This document shows, one piece after another, positions 38,151 through 49,959 of a DNA stretch of 56,802 nucleotides. The stretch covers positions 84,597,446-84,654,247 of the forward strand of contig NC_068982.1 of NCBI RefSeq assembly GCF_001194135.2, in the 5' to 3' direction. A model generated the notes under the pieces. It was not told where the DNA came from. It did no database searches and saw nothing but the letters and a program-made list of their open reading frames with translations. Position 1 is the stretch's first letter; each line of letters starts with the position of its first letter. A program made the position numbers and the translations under genes. Origin of the DNA: Octopus bimaculoides (taxonomy: Eukaryota).

Positions 38151-38567
38151 ATGATGTAGGTTTTATTTCTCTCTGTTGGTGGGGAAGGGTCAGGAAATAA
38201 ATACCATGAATGTAGTGTAGTTGAGTCTATTGACTAGAGGCCCTACACTATAATTTATTTACCAATCAGCTCAATTATTATTGATATTAACATTACTACT
38301 ATGAGCCTTAGGATAAGGGATTGGCAAAATCATTAGAACAAAGAACAACATTGTTTTTATTTATTCTAGCTTATTACATTCTGAGTTCAAATTCCACTAA
38401 AGTAAACTTTGCTTTTATCCCCGTGGGGGGGTCAATAATAAAAAGTATCAGTTAAGTACTGGAGTCAATGGAATCCACTTCTTCCTTGAAACTATCAAGC
38501 CTTCCTTCAAAATTAGAAACATTACAATAAAGCTTGTCATGTTAGCAGAGACTTCATCTCTGATTTC

Positions 38568-38602
<35 letters not shown>

Positions 38603-38790
38603 TAATTAATTCGTTTTATTGGCCACAAGGGCTAATATCAATCAAAAACATGTAAGGACAAAGACAGGACGAAGGTTACAAAAGGTTTTGTCCGAAAAGG
38701 TTTTGTCATAAAAAATAAGAAAGAGGTATAGAGCCCTTTCTCCTTTTACATTACCTTTTTTCCTACAGGTGTATTCTCAGAATTGGTCCG

Positions 38791-38849
<59 letters not shown>

Positions 38850-38999
38850 CTTTTATACTATAGGCACAAGACCTGAAATTTGGTGGGAGGGGACTAGTCA
38901 TTTACATTGACCCCAGTGTTTTACTGGTATCTAATTTATCAACCTTGAAACGATGAAAGGCAAAGTCGACCTCAGTGGAATTTGAATTCAAAAATGATA

Positions 39000-40570
39000 A
39001 TAATAAAATCATTGCTAGGAATGACCAAGAGTTAGTAGGGTTGCTAACAACTGTTAAAGAGTTTAGTAATGACATTGGGATAAATTTTGACCTTGATAAG
39101 TCAGCTAAAGCAACTTTTGTAAGAGGCAAGCTCAGATAAACAGCTGCCATTAAGTTAGACACCGATGCTACCATCAAGGAACTTAACCCATAAAAAAGTT
39201 TTAAATACCTGGAAATAAATGAAGATGATATACAACATGCTACTATGAAGGGAAAAATAAGAAAGGAGCACTATAGAAGAATAAGACTTGCACTGAAAAC
39301 TGATCTCAACTAAAAAAAAAAGCAAATCGAAGCCATTAACAACCTGGTACTTCGAGTAGTCCAATACAGTTTTAACATCATTAACTGGAATCTTATGGAG
39401 CTCCAGTGCCTGGACAGGAAGACAAGAAAACTATTAACATCTAAGTACAAGCACCACCCAAAAGCAGACATTGATCGTCTGTACCTATGTAGAAACTATG
39501 AGGGAAGAAGAATGATGCAGTTAGAACTGTTCTATAAGACCTCCACAATAGCAATGAACAGGTACTTAACAGAGGACTGGATTCTGCAGCTTGTGTCCAA
39601 ACATGAAAGCAGCAAAAGATCACATTCTATTGTCAAGGAAGCTTGTAAATTCAGAAGGGAACTTGACATAAACCCTGAATTAGATGAAGAACCTGAAACC
39701 ACTGCTATCAAGCAAGCAAAATGGATCAAGTAGACTGCAAAAAAGAATGAGCAGAATAAATTGAGGGGCAGGGGAACCAGAATCCCTTGCATGGACAATA
39801 TATTCTTCAAAGTCAAAATGCTGATGTAGACCAAACAACAACCCATCAGTGGCTGAGAAGTTCAGGACTGAAAGTTTCATATTGGTGGCACAAGGTCAAA
39901 ACTTGCTTACTAGAAACTACCAGGCTAACGTTCTTCAAAACAGTAGACTCGAAAGGCAGATTCTGCAACACACTTGATGAAACAAGAGACCATCTTGTTT
40001 CTGGATGTCCTGTGCTGATACCAAACAAATACAAAAACTGTCACAATAGGGTAGGACAATAACTGCACTGGAAAATATATAAACACTACAAAATAGACAC
40101 TCCTATTTACTGAGTCAGTTGTTGAAACTAAAAATGTTACCATTTCCTGGAATTTTCCAGTTAACACCAATAGAACAATCAAGGCGAATCGACCAGACAT
40201 AATTAAGTAAATATTAGGAAATTGAAATATCCAAAAGATGTGGCATCTTAAAACAAGACCTGTTCCTGTTATTGTAGGCGCCCTAGGTATGATAAAGAAG
40301 GGATATCAGAAACATCTAGATAACATCCCATGAGAACTGTGTCTCAGAGAAATCCAAAAGATTGTGCTGACAAGTACTGCCTGCATCCTTAGAAAAACCC
40401 TATCAATGTAAATGTCTGTGTTATAGTACATGGAGATATTTGGCTACTGCTCCTGCCACTTCCTCTCTCCAAGCTTTCAGTTATACTGTAACATTTCTTA
40501 CTCTTCACTTGCCCTAGGGTGCTGGGTGTCTCTCAGCAAGTGATTGCATCAAACATGCAGATTAAGAGTA
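39000..40570 (+). mobile_element. Dong/R4-like LINE 3' part (RT end, CCHC, RLE, 3' UTR, TAA tail)
   Basis: VKEFSNDIGINFDLDK; HHPKADIDRLYL; C..C...E...HLVSGC; NRPDII; PVIVGALG; tail aacaacaataataat. Confidence 0.9.
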
Positions 40571-40799
40571 AACAACAACAATAATAATAGTTTCAAATTT
40601 TGATATATAAGGCCAGTAATTTTGAGGGGCAGAGGAAAGTTGATTGGGTTGATCCAAGTGCTTGACTAATATATTATTTTATTGACTTTGAAAGGATGAA
40701 AGGCAAAACTGATCTTGATGGGTTTTTGAATTCAGAACTTAAAAAGCTGGAAGAAATGCTACTAAACATTTTCATTTTGTCTGACATTCTAAGGATTCT

Positions 40800-42330
40800 G
40801 CTAAATGTGCAGCAAGGATACAGGGATAGAATTCGGTATCTCGAAGTGTGCGGTGCTTACTTTGAGGCGGGGGAAAAGAGTAAATTGTAGGAGCATAGAA
40901 TTGCCAAACGGAGAGAGAATGGAAGACCCAGATGATGATGGGTACAGGTACCTTGGGATCCTAGAACTGGACAATATCTTGCACAGAGAAATGAAAGACG
41001 AAGTCACCAGTGCATATTTAAAGTGCCTCAAACTTCTCTTGAAATTGAAGTTCAACACAAGGAACCTTATGACTGCCATCAACATATGGGCTGTTGCTGT
41101 AGTCTGCTATGGTACACCCATCCTGAGATTGACCAACTCGAACACACTACCCGAAAGACAATGACAATGCATAGTGCCCCCCACCCTAAGGCAAATGTAC
41201 ACAGGCTCTACATGAATAGAGGAAAGGGTGGACATGGGCTGATTAACGTATGAGAGTGTATCAACAGTGAAAGAAGAAACATGGCAGAATATTTGGTAAA
41301 CAGCAAACAAGACCTGCTACAGTATGCTGCTAATGCAGAAGGAGCTAACAGAAAGGCAGCAAGCTGGCAGAAACGTTAGTACACCAGGCGAAATGCTTAG
41401 CGGTATTTCATCTGCCATTACGTTCTGAGTTCAAATTCTGCCGAGGTCGACTTTGCCTTTCATCCTTTCGGTGTCGATAAATTAAGTACCAGTTACACAC
41501 TGAGGTCAATGTAATCGACTTAATTTCTTTGTCTGTCCTTGTTTGTCCCCTCTATGTTTAGCCCCTTGTGGGCAATAAAGAAATAAAAAATGAACTTGAG
41601 AGTGCTCATGAATTCCAAACAAGAACAGACAATGAGAGAGAAGAAACCCTACTCCGTATGGAATTACGTGGTCGGTTCCACCATGAAACCAACAAATTAA
41701 AAGACCAGGAAGCATTATGGAGGTGGCTCAACAAAGGTGACCTAAAAAGAATATTGAAACCCTAATCATCGTGGCCCAGGACTAGGCATTGAATACCAAC
41801 TCAGTGAAAAAGAATACATACCACACGAGTGCATCAGACCTCTGCAGAATGTGTGAGAAGAGGGTCGAAAGTATGAGTCACATTTTTAGTGCTTGTGAAA
41901 GTCTTGCGCAAAAAGAGTACAAGCGTAGACATGACGAAGTAGCCCAAAATCTCCACTGGCTACTGTGCCATAAGTATGAATATGAGGTTATGGGTACTTG
42001 GTACCAACATACACCGGAAAAGGTAATGGATGAAAAGGGGAAGACAAAAATCCTCAGAGACTTTGATTTCCAGACAAAGTGTTAGAACACCGAAGGCCAG
42101 ATATAGTAACCTTTAGGAGGGACAAACAAGAGTGCCTAATAATCAATGTAGCAGTGCCAGGAGATAAACACATCATCATGAAAGAAAGAGAAAATGTTGA
42201 TAAATATGGAGACCTGAGAATTGAGATCACTAAGCTGTGGCAGCTACGAGAGTCGGCCATAAAGGTTATCCCTATTGTCATCGGAGCATTGGGGAAGGTT
42301 GTGAAACAGGCCAGCAAAACATAAAGAAAG
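40800..42330 (+). mobile_element. Dong/R4-like LINE 3' part, with a plus-strand SINE A inserted at 41353-41590
   Basis: IEFGISKCAVL; YRYLGILE; AINIWAVAV; HPKANVHRLY; CRMCEKRVESMSHIFSAC..LAQKEYKRRHD; RRPDIV; KVIPIVIGALG. Confidence 0.92.
41353..41590 (+). mobile_element. SINE family A, subfamily with an alternative 3' end
   Basis: aaggcagcaagctggcagaaacgttag...gagttcaaattctgccgaggtcgactttgcctttcatcc..., ending gtgggcaataaagaaataaaaaa rather than (TTA)n. Confidence 0.9.
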
Positions 42331-45030
42331 TGTGGAGTGGTTAAAAAAGGTGGAAAGACAACTTGAAACTGTACCAAGACAAAAGGACATCAGAATTAAT
42401 CTATATACAATGAGACAGAAGTTTTAAAAAATAGCAAATTGGAAAGGACCAGGTCCAGATGGAGTACAAGGCTATTGGTTGAAGAACTTTACACAGTTGT
42501 ATGAAAGGATCATCGTGCAATTGGATGACTGCCAGCAGCAAGGTCACATCCCTGCCTCGATGACAAGGGAACAAACACTGTTATGCTTTTATATCATCCA
42601 TGAATAGGAGATGATTTGGCATCAAATTTTCATCCTATAACCTGTTTACCACAAATATGGAAGCTTATGGCTGGTATCTTGGTGGAAGAGTTATACAACC
42701 ATCTGGAAAATAACAATTTACTTCCAGAAGAACAGAAAGGATGCAGGAAACAATGTAGGGCAACGAAAGGTTACTTATTAATTGATAAAATGATACTTAG
42801 AAACTGAAGATACAGATTGATGGGACTCAATGTAGCATGGCAATATTACAAAAAAGCATATGACATGGTACCACACAGTTGGATAAGTAAAACAATAAGC
42901 ATGTTTGGAAGAGCAAAAAACATGGAAAAAATGCTTGAATTGGTCAGAGGAAAACAAAAACTCAGAAAAGTGAACATCAGACATGGAATATTCCAAGGTG
43001 ATAGCTTATCTCAATTACTATTTATATTGGCCATGACACCATTCACTATGATACTATGTAAAGTTAAAATTGCTTACGATTTGGGAAAAGGAAATAGTCA
43101 AATAAATCATCTTTTCATGGATGATATAAAGGTTTATGTGTAAAATGAGAAACAGCTTGAAAGACTTGTACATGCTATCTGCATTTTCTCAAATGACCTA
43201 GGCATGGAATTTTGGATAAAAAAGTGCACTATAGTGAAAATGAAATGAGGAAGATTTGAAAGAAACCTGGGAATTGAAATGCCAAATGGGCAAACAATGA
43301 GAGCAGTTGAGAAAGGACGGTGGTATAAGTACTAGGGAATAATGGGAACAGATGAGATAAAAAATGAAGAAATGAAACAAATAACCAGTAGAGAGTACAC
43401 AAGGAGAGTCAGAAAATTATTGCAGTGAAAGCTGAATTCCAAAAATCTTATGGAAGCAATAAAGTTAAGAGTAGTACCATTAATCAGATATGGAGCTGGA
43501 ATTATAGACTGAACCAGAAACGATATAAAGATTTTTGACTGAAAAACTAGGAAGTTGTTGATGATGTATGGAGACTATCATCCAAAAGCTGATTTCAACT
43601 GACTGTACTTTAAGAGAGACCAGGGTGGAAGAGGCTTAATAGCAGTAGAATAATGTGTACAGATGGAAAGAAAAAGCCTAGTAGAGTATTTACAGATTAG
43701 CACAGAAAAACTACTCAAGGCAGTTAAGAAAGAACAGATGATAAAGTGCATAATAGGAGAAAAGGACAAGAATGAAATACATAGAAAGCACTTCAGACAG
43801 ATCAAAGAGAAACCTCTCCATGTTTTGGAGAGCCACTGAAGATGTGAGTGGAACAAAATAATGGGCTTGGTTAAAAAACGGGCAATTAAAAAAGTAACAG
43901 AGCTAAGGCATAGGAGTGGCTGTGTAGTAAGAAGCTTGCTTCCCAACTACATGGTTCTGGGTTCAGTCTCCCTGCATGGCACCTTGGGCAAGTGTTTTCT
44001 ACTACAGGCTGACCAAAGCCTTGTGAGTGGATTTGATAGATGGAAACTGAAAGAAGCCTATTATATATATATATATATNNNNNNNNNNNNNNNNNNNNNN
44101 NNNNNNNNNNNNNNNNNNNNNNNNNNNNNNATGTATGCATGTATGTATGTATGTATGTATGTATTTGTGTCTGTGTTTGTACCTCCACCATTGCTTAACA
44201 ACTGATGCTGGTGTGTTTACGTCCCCATAACTTAGCAGTTCAGCAATAGAGACCAACAGAATAAGTACAAGTCTTACAAAGAATAAGTCCTGGGGTCCAT
44301 TTGTTTGACTAAAGGCAGTGTTCCAGCATGGCCACAATCAAATGAGTGAAAAGAGTAAAAGAGTAATTGTAGCAGCCCAAGTCAAGTGATAAAAACAACT
44401 TGAGAAAAAATATATATGTAGAGAATGTGTCAGAAAAATGTAGAACCTGTGGAAGAATAACCCAAGTTGGCACAGGAAGAATATAAGAAATGAAGGCATG
44501 ACCAGGTTGTAAAAGTTTTACACTAGAAACTGTGCCAGAAATGGGGATTTGAAGCTGGAAAGGCATGGTACAATCATCGAGTCAAAAGAGTACTGGAGTT
44601 GGATAAATGTAAGATTTTGTGGGACTTTCCTATTCAAATGGACAAGAAGTTAGAAAATAACAGACTAGATATTACAATCATAGATAAGGAAAAGTGAAGT
44701 TGCTTACTTGTCGACCATCATGCCCATTTGATTCCAGGATCGTAAAGAAAGGGGAAGAAAAACAAAGAAATTATAATCCCTTAAAATTTGAAATAGGAAG
44801 GTCATACCTATAATAATGGGTGTGTTGGGAACAGTAAGCCAAGAAATAGACAAATGGCAGAAGGAGAATGAAATAGAATGCCTGGTAGAGCTCCTACAAA
44901 ATGTTTGCCTCTTAGGGACATCAAGGATTATCAGGAGGGTTCTAAGCATTTAAAAGACTGCCAAAAATGTGTGGATATCTAAGGTTACAGGTATTAACCT
45001 GCTACCCACAAAATTCCTTCAATAAGAATC
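42330..45030 (+). mobile_element. Dong/R4-like LINE RT-to-3' end, interrupted by SINE B
   Basis: NWKGPGPDGVQGYW; [14 protein letters not shown]; EEQKGCRK; YKKAYDMVPHSWI; GIFQGDSLS; HLFMDDIK; YKYLG; C-terminal PD and IMGVLG-type region 44390-44950. Confidence 0.92.
43905..44365 (+). mobile_element. SINE family B copy inserted in a Dong-like LINE
   Basis: Collinear with 19193-19610. Dong-like coding sequence flanks both sides. Internal gap 44079-44130. Confidence 0.88.
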
Positions 45031-45213
45031 CTTTAGGGGAGGAGGATAGTTGATTATATAGACCCCAGTATTCAACCAGAACTTATTTTATCAACTCTGA
45101 AAGCATGAAAGGCAAAGTCAACCTCAGCAGAATTTGAACTAAAAACATAAAGACAGACAAAATGCCACTAAGCATTTTGGCTGGTGTGCTAATGATTCAG
45201 CCAACTTTTCACC

Positions 45214-45256
<43 letters not shown>

Positions 45257-45574
45257 TAATAATAATAATAATAACAATAATAATAATAATAATAATTTAA
45301 TAATAATTTTTTTTATGCCCGGATGCAGTACCAGGCAGTGGCTCTCATGGCTTCTGATCTTAATTGATTGGAAGTGTTATCATGTACATTGTTTTGTCTT
45401 GGTATAAAAAGATGGGCTACAGCAAATATTCTGCTTAATACCACAGATTTGCTTGTCAGTTGTTTGACCTTAACTTGGTTGCTGACGATATGTGCATCTC
45501 TGATCATGAGCAGAACTAGTGGGGGAGCATCATAGCCATGTGTTGAAAGGAATTCTTTGGGGTTTGGATAATGT

Positions 45575-46160
45575 AGTGTGTGCGTACGAGTAGATGTAAT
45601 CGCCTTACCTCGGTTTTCCTTTCCTCGACTGCGAGTCCGTCTTGCGGTATCCGATCCTCGAAGCTTGCCCCGACCCAAAGTACACCAGGAATAGCAGCTG
45701 CTTCTCCCAAACCTTCCCAAACCTAGACCATCGCTTAACACGTCTTGTCCTGCCCGCAGCCCCGTTCGAAAAGGGCACGAAATGCCGATCGAGGCTCCCT
45801 CTGCCCTTTTTCCCCTTCCGGTCGACTCGCCCTTCCGGTCAGCCTCCCCAGACACTGACGTCATACCACAGATAATTCACCTTTGGAAACATGGGTATTT
45901 GGTTCGACGTCCTCAAAAAACCTTTATTCAAGGACCTTTTGAGCGAGATGGACTACTCAACCTGAAGAAAATTCTAACTGGGCCCCACCTGCAAGGTCAT
46001 GCACTGTTTATCTTGATATGAGACTACTATGTCACGCACATATGGTTGTGATGCATGTGCCTGCTGTACCCTTATCAGACGGGTAGTCATGGTGGGTATA
46101 ATGGGCTTCGTATATTTTACCTCATTGTCACTTACCCTGCTCTCTCACTCAATAATAATT
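45575..46160 (+). mobile_element. GC-rich 5'-truncated retroposon ending in the same (TAA)-tailed 3' UTR as 36745-36870
   Basis: Track ORF 45782..46021 stops at the point where the shared UTR starts. The peptide is not recognised. Confidence 0.45.
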
Positions 46161-46612
46161 TCTAGTGAAAGCATAAGGCCTGAAATTTGGTGGGGAGACT
46201 AGTTGATTACATCAACCCCAGTGTTTAACTCATACTTAATTTATCAACCCCATAAAGATGAAAAGCAAAGTCAACCTCAGCAAAATTTGAACTCAGAACG
46301 TGAAGATGAATGAAATGCTAAACATTTTGCCTAATGCACTAATGATTCTGCCAGTTTGCTGCCTTGATAACAACAACAGCAACAATAATAATAATAATAG
46401 TTTCAAATTTTGCTACAAGGGCAGCCATTTTGGGGGAGGAGATGAGTTGATTACATTGACCCTAGTGTTCAACTGGTACTTATTTTGTCGACTCCGAAAG
46501 GATGAAAGGTAAAGTTAACCTTGGTGGAATTTGAACTCAGAACATAATGAAGAGTGAAATACCACTGAGCATTTCGCCTGGTGTACTAATAATTCTGCCA
46601 GCTCACTGCCTT
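46160..46612 (-). mobile_element. Tandem pair of SINE family A (46160-46365, 46400-46612)
   Basis: Head-to-tail, separated by (AAC/AAT)n. Confidence 0.88.
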
Positions 46613-46631
46613 AATAACGATGATGATGATG

Positions 46632-46673
<42 letters not shown>

Positions 46674-46717
46674 GTCAAGATGAAGAGCGCGATTCGATTG
46701 TATAGATATTTTATTAG

Positions 46718-46760
46718 TTGAACAATATTTCAACACTACGTCTGTCTTTGTCAAGTTCAA
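46718..46760 (-). ncRNA. Minimal type-I hammerhead ribozyme motif (U3-A8 variant)
   Basis: UUGAAC-UUGACAA-A-GACA(GACGUAG)UGUU-GAAA-UA-UU-GUUCAA: 6-bp helix I, core with the U3/A8 compensatory pair, 4-bp helix II, palindromic AUAU helix III, AUU cleavage triplet. Confidence 0.75.
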
Positions 46761-47879
46761 AATAAGAGGTGATTAAAAATTCAAAAATTACAGAAATTTA
46801 AACGTAAAGTATGAACGAGAGCAACCAGCGTTCATACGTTGATGGAATGACATCATCAGTTTTGAAGTTTTATAACAGGTGGAAAGAACGAAAAAGAAAG
46901 ACGACAGAAAAAAAGTAAAGAAAAAGAAAGAAGAATATTCAATCAAACAGTTTTGTATTAATTTGATGATATTCTCCTGTCATCTCAGTCATTCCTCCAG
47001 GGTGTGATGTTAATAACCCGCAAACATATTTCTCCTCATACATTCTGGCACCGACGTTTCGCTGGCATTTCTAAAAATGTTGCATGAAAGTTACCAGCAT
47101 GTGGCAAAAAAATATCCCAGTTTCAAACACATATTTCCTCAGCCGCCCATTGTAGCCTTTCGACGGAATAAGAACATTATTGACTCTATATCTGACTCCA
47201 AGAAAAGGAACATTGGAGTATTTGCACGCTGTACCTTAAAGAACAGCCGCAAGAGAGGTAAGCCTTGTTCATTGTGCAACAACATGTGTGGAGTGAATTC
47301 CATCAGAAATCATAACAGAAATGTTATAATTTATACAGAAGGTGGAACATGTAAAGATTCCCATTTGGTGTGCACTGCAGAATGCACGAAACACAACTTA
47401 ATTTATGTTGGTTGTACAACAGAATGATTAAACAAAAGGTTTATTGGGAACAGATCCGACGTCAGGCACAATAACAGTAGTTCGACAGAACTTGCTGAAC
47501 ATTTTGTTTCAAGCGACTGCAATTTTGAAGACGACTTGAAAGTGCATATTCTCAGAAAATATTCTGAATCTACCCCACTTTCACTTCTCAGAATATATGA
47601 GGAGAAATATGTTTGCGGGTTATTAACATCACGCCCTGGAGGAATGAATAAGATGACAGGAGAATATCATCAAATTAATACAAAACTGTTTGACTGAATA
47701 TTCTTCTTTCTCTCTTTTTCTTTCCCTTTTTTCTGTTGTCTTTCTTTTTTGTTCTTTCCGCCTGTTATAAATCTTAAAAACTGATGATGTCATTCCATCA
47801 ACGTATGGATGCTGGTTGCTCTCGTTCATACTTTACGTTTAAATTTCTGTAATCTTTGAATTTTTAATCACCTCTTATT

Positions 47880-47915
47880 TTGAACTTGACAAAGTAGTGT
47901 TGAAATATCGTTCAA
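47880..47915 (+). ncRNA. Second hammerhead copy with helix II deleted
   Basis: TTGAAC-TTGACAA-AGTAGTGTT-GAAA-TA-TC-GTTCAA. A 7-nt deletion removes the 5' strand of helix II; the AUC triplet is retained. Confidence 0.65.
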
Positions 47916-48019
47916 CTAATAAAATATCTATACAATCGAATCGCGCTCTTCGTCTTGACTATTTACCTTCGTGAAGAGTTACGTCAATCCTTTTTAAAAT
48001 ATAATAATAATAATAATAA

Positions 48020-48915
48020 TAAATTAATAATGAATCAAGCTGACTGCTAAAAAAAGAAGAGGCAGAAACAAATTGAGAAGTGGTGGAGCTAGAAGCCCTT
48101 GTATGGACAATATATTCTTTGAAGTCAAAATGCTGATGTAGACCAAGTAACAACCTATCAATGACTGAGGAGTTCAGAATTGAAAGCAGTGACTGAAGGC
48201 TTCATACTGGTAGCACAAGATAAAAGCTTGCTTACCAGAAATTACCAGGTTAACTTTCTCCAAAATTGTACTCACCCTAAATGCAGATTCTGCGACACAT
48301 TTAATGAAGCAATAGACTATTTCATTTCAGGATGTCCTGTGCTGACACCAAACAAATACAAAAATTTTCACAATAGGGTAGGACAATATCTTCACTGGAA
48401 AATATGAAAACACTACAAAATAGACACTCCTGCTTACTGGTATGCATATCATCTTTAGTCAGTTGTTGAAAGTAAAGATGTTACCATATCCTAGGATTTT
48501 CCAGTCAACACTGACAAAATGATCAAGGCTAATCAACCAGACATAATTATTAAAGACAGAGAATAAAATATCAGTAGACTAATAGATGTAAGTGTTCCCA
48601 CTGATAAAAATATATCTGTAAAGGAATTTGACAAACTTTGTAGATATAAAGATCAGAAAATTGAAATACAAAAGATGTGGCATCTTAAAGCAAAAACTGT
48701 TCCTGTTATTGCAGGTGCCCTTGGTATGATAAAAAGGTGTGTCAGAAATATCTAGACAACATCTCATGTCGAATTATATGGAGATATTTCTCTACTGCTA
48801 TCGCCAATTCCCTTCCCCAAGTTTTCAGTTTTATTTCAACGTCTCTTAACTTTTACTTGCCCTAGAGTGCTGGGTGTGTTCTGGCAAGTGATTGCATCAA
48901 ACATGCAGATTAAAC
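48020..48915 (+). mobile_element. Dong/R4-like LINE 3' fragment (same subfamily as 39000-40570)
   Basis: GFILVAQDKSLLTRNYQ; CRFCDTFNEAIDYFISGC; NQPDIIIKD; identical-type 3' UTR ending gtgattgcatcaaacatgcagattaa and a TAA tail. Confidence 0.9.
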
Positions 48916-48929
48916 ATAAATAATAATAG

Positions 48930-49490
48930 AGCACTGAATACTGGGTTGGTGTCCAGCACAGGCTGGCTCACTTAAACTTCTAGACAAATCCCTCTAGAGA
49001 TGGTGTCTCATTAAAAATATTGGTGGTTGTGACACCTTAACAATTTCCTCTGCATGAGTGTAATGAATAATAAAATTAACAGAAACAACAGCATAAATGA
49101 AGATGGAGCGAAGGGTGATGGACTTTGGCCTGGTGCATGCCCAGTGGGTGAGCAGTATGGGTCCAGTCATCATTATACAGCTGCTAGAACTAAATGGACT
49201 AAGATGATGAATACAGCTGTCATGGAATGTTATTCTTTAAGTAGACCCACTGATAAATCAGAATTGACATAAGAGCAGAGCAAGCCCAAAAAACTGTGCT
49301 GCTGGAGACAGCTCGGATTTTGACATTGGTATTTAAATGTGGAATGTCTCTCACAATAATTAACAACCAAGTGCCAAAGCTTATAATATGTGGAAAGAGA
49401 CCCAGTGAGACCTCTGACAGCAGGCTGTTGTCTGCTCTCACAGAATATACCAGAGCAAACAAGATTGAGTGCTCTGAGAAGTAAAACAAC
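48930..49490 (+). mobile_element. Dong/R4-like LINE 5' region (N-terminal Myb-like start), head-to-tail behind the preceding copy
   Basis: RTKWTKMMNTAVMECYSLSRP resembles the KWT.EEN..VMECY N-terminal motif of R4/Dong ORFs. Confidence 0.6.
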
Positions 49491-49519
49491 AATAATAATA
49501 ATAATGATAATAATAATGG

Positions 49520-49957
49520 TTTCAAATTTTAGCACAAGTCCATCAAGTTAGGGGAAGGGAGTAAGCCAATTACATCAACCCCCAGTGCTCAACTGATACT
49601 TATTTTATCAACCCAGAAATAATGAGAGGTAAAGTCAACCTTGACAGAATTTGAACTTACAACACAAAGACAGACGAAATACCGCTAAGTATTTTGCCCA
49701 GTGTGCTAACAATTCTGCCAGCTTGTTGCCTTAATAATAATAATAAGTAATCCTTTCTACTAAAGGCACAAGGCCTGACATTTGGTAGGAGGGGACTAGT
49801 CGATTACATTGAGCCCACTGGTACTTAATTTATCAACCCTGAAAGGATGAAAGACAAAGTTGATCTTGGCAGAATATGAACTAAAAATGTAAAGACTGAC
49901 AAAATATCACTAAGCATTTCGCCTAGTGTGCTAACAATTCTGCCAGCTCTCCACCTT
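49520..49957 (-). mobile_element. Tandem pair of SINE family A (49520-49732, 49750-49957)
   Basis: Head-to-tail with (TAA)n on all junctions. Confidence 0.88.
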
Positions 49958-49959
49958 AA

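Larger units (their letters stand above)
46670..47963 (+). mobile_element. Penelope-like element, 5'-truncated, with GIY-YIG endonuclease and inverted pseudo-LTRs
   Basis: PPIVAFRRNKNI; C..C; HLVCTAECTKHNLIYVGCTTE*LNKRF; LAEHF; LKVHIL; R.YEEKY..L.T..PGGMN. Inverted arms 46670-47047 and 47589-47963 include the last ~110 bp of the ORF. Confidence 0.92.

Noticed and set aside
45162-45864. Poly-Asn ORF 45162..45407 and the 183-aa minus ORF 45313..45864
   Set aside because: The first is a (TAA)n translation. The second crosses two unrelated repeats and is open because of GC richness.
47781-47787. Isolated CTGATGA in the PLE arm
   Set aside because: No flanking helices or correctly spaced GAAA. 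The real motif is the variant ~100 bp downstream.
36880-49957. SINE A as the direct partner of the Dong LINE
   Set aside because: Both use TAA tracts, but the SINE sense tail is (TTA)n while the Dong sense tail is (TAA)n, and their 3' ends share no visible sequence.
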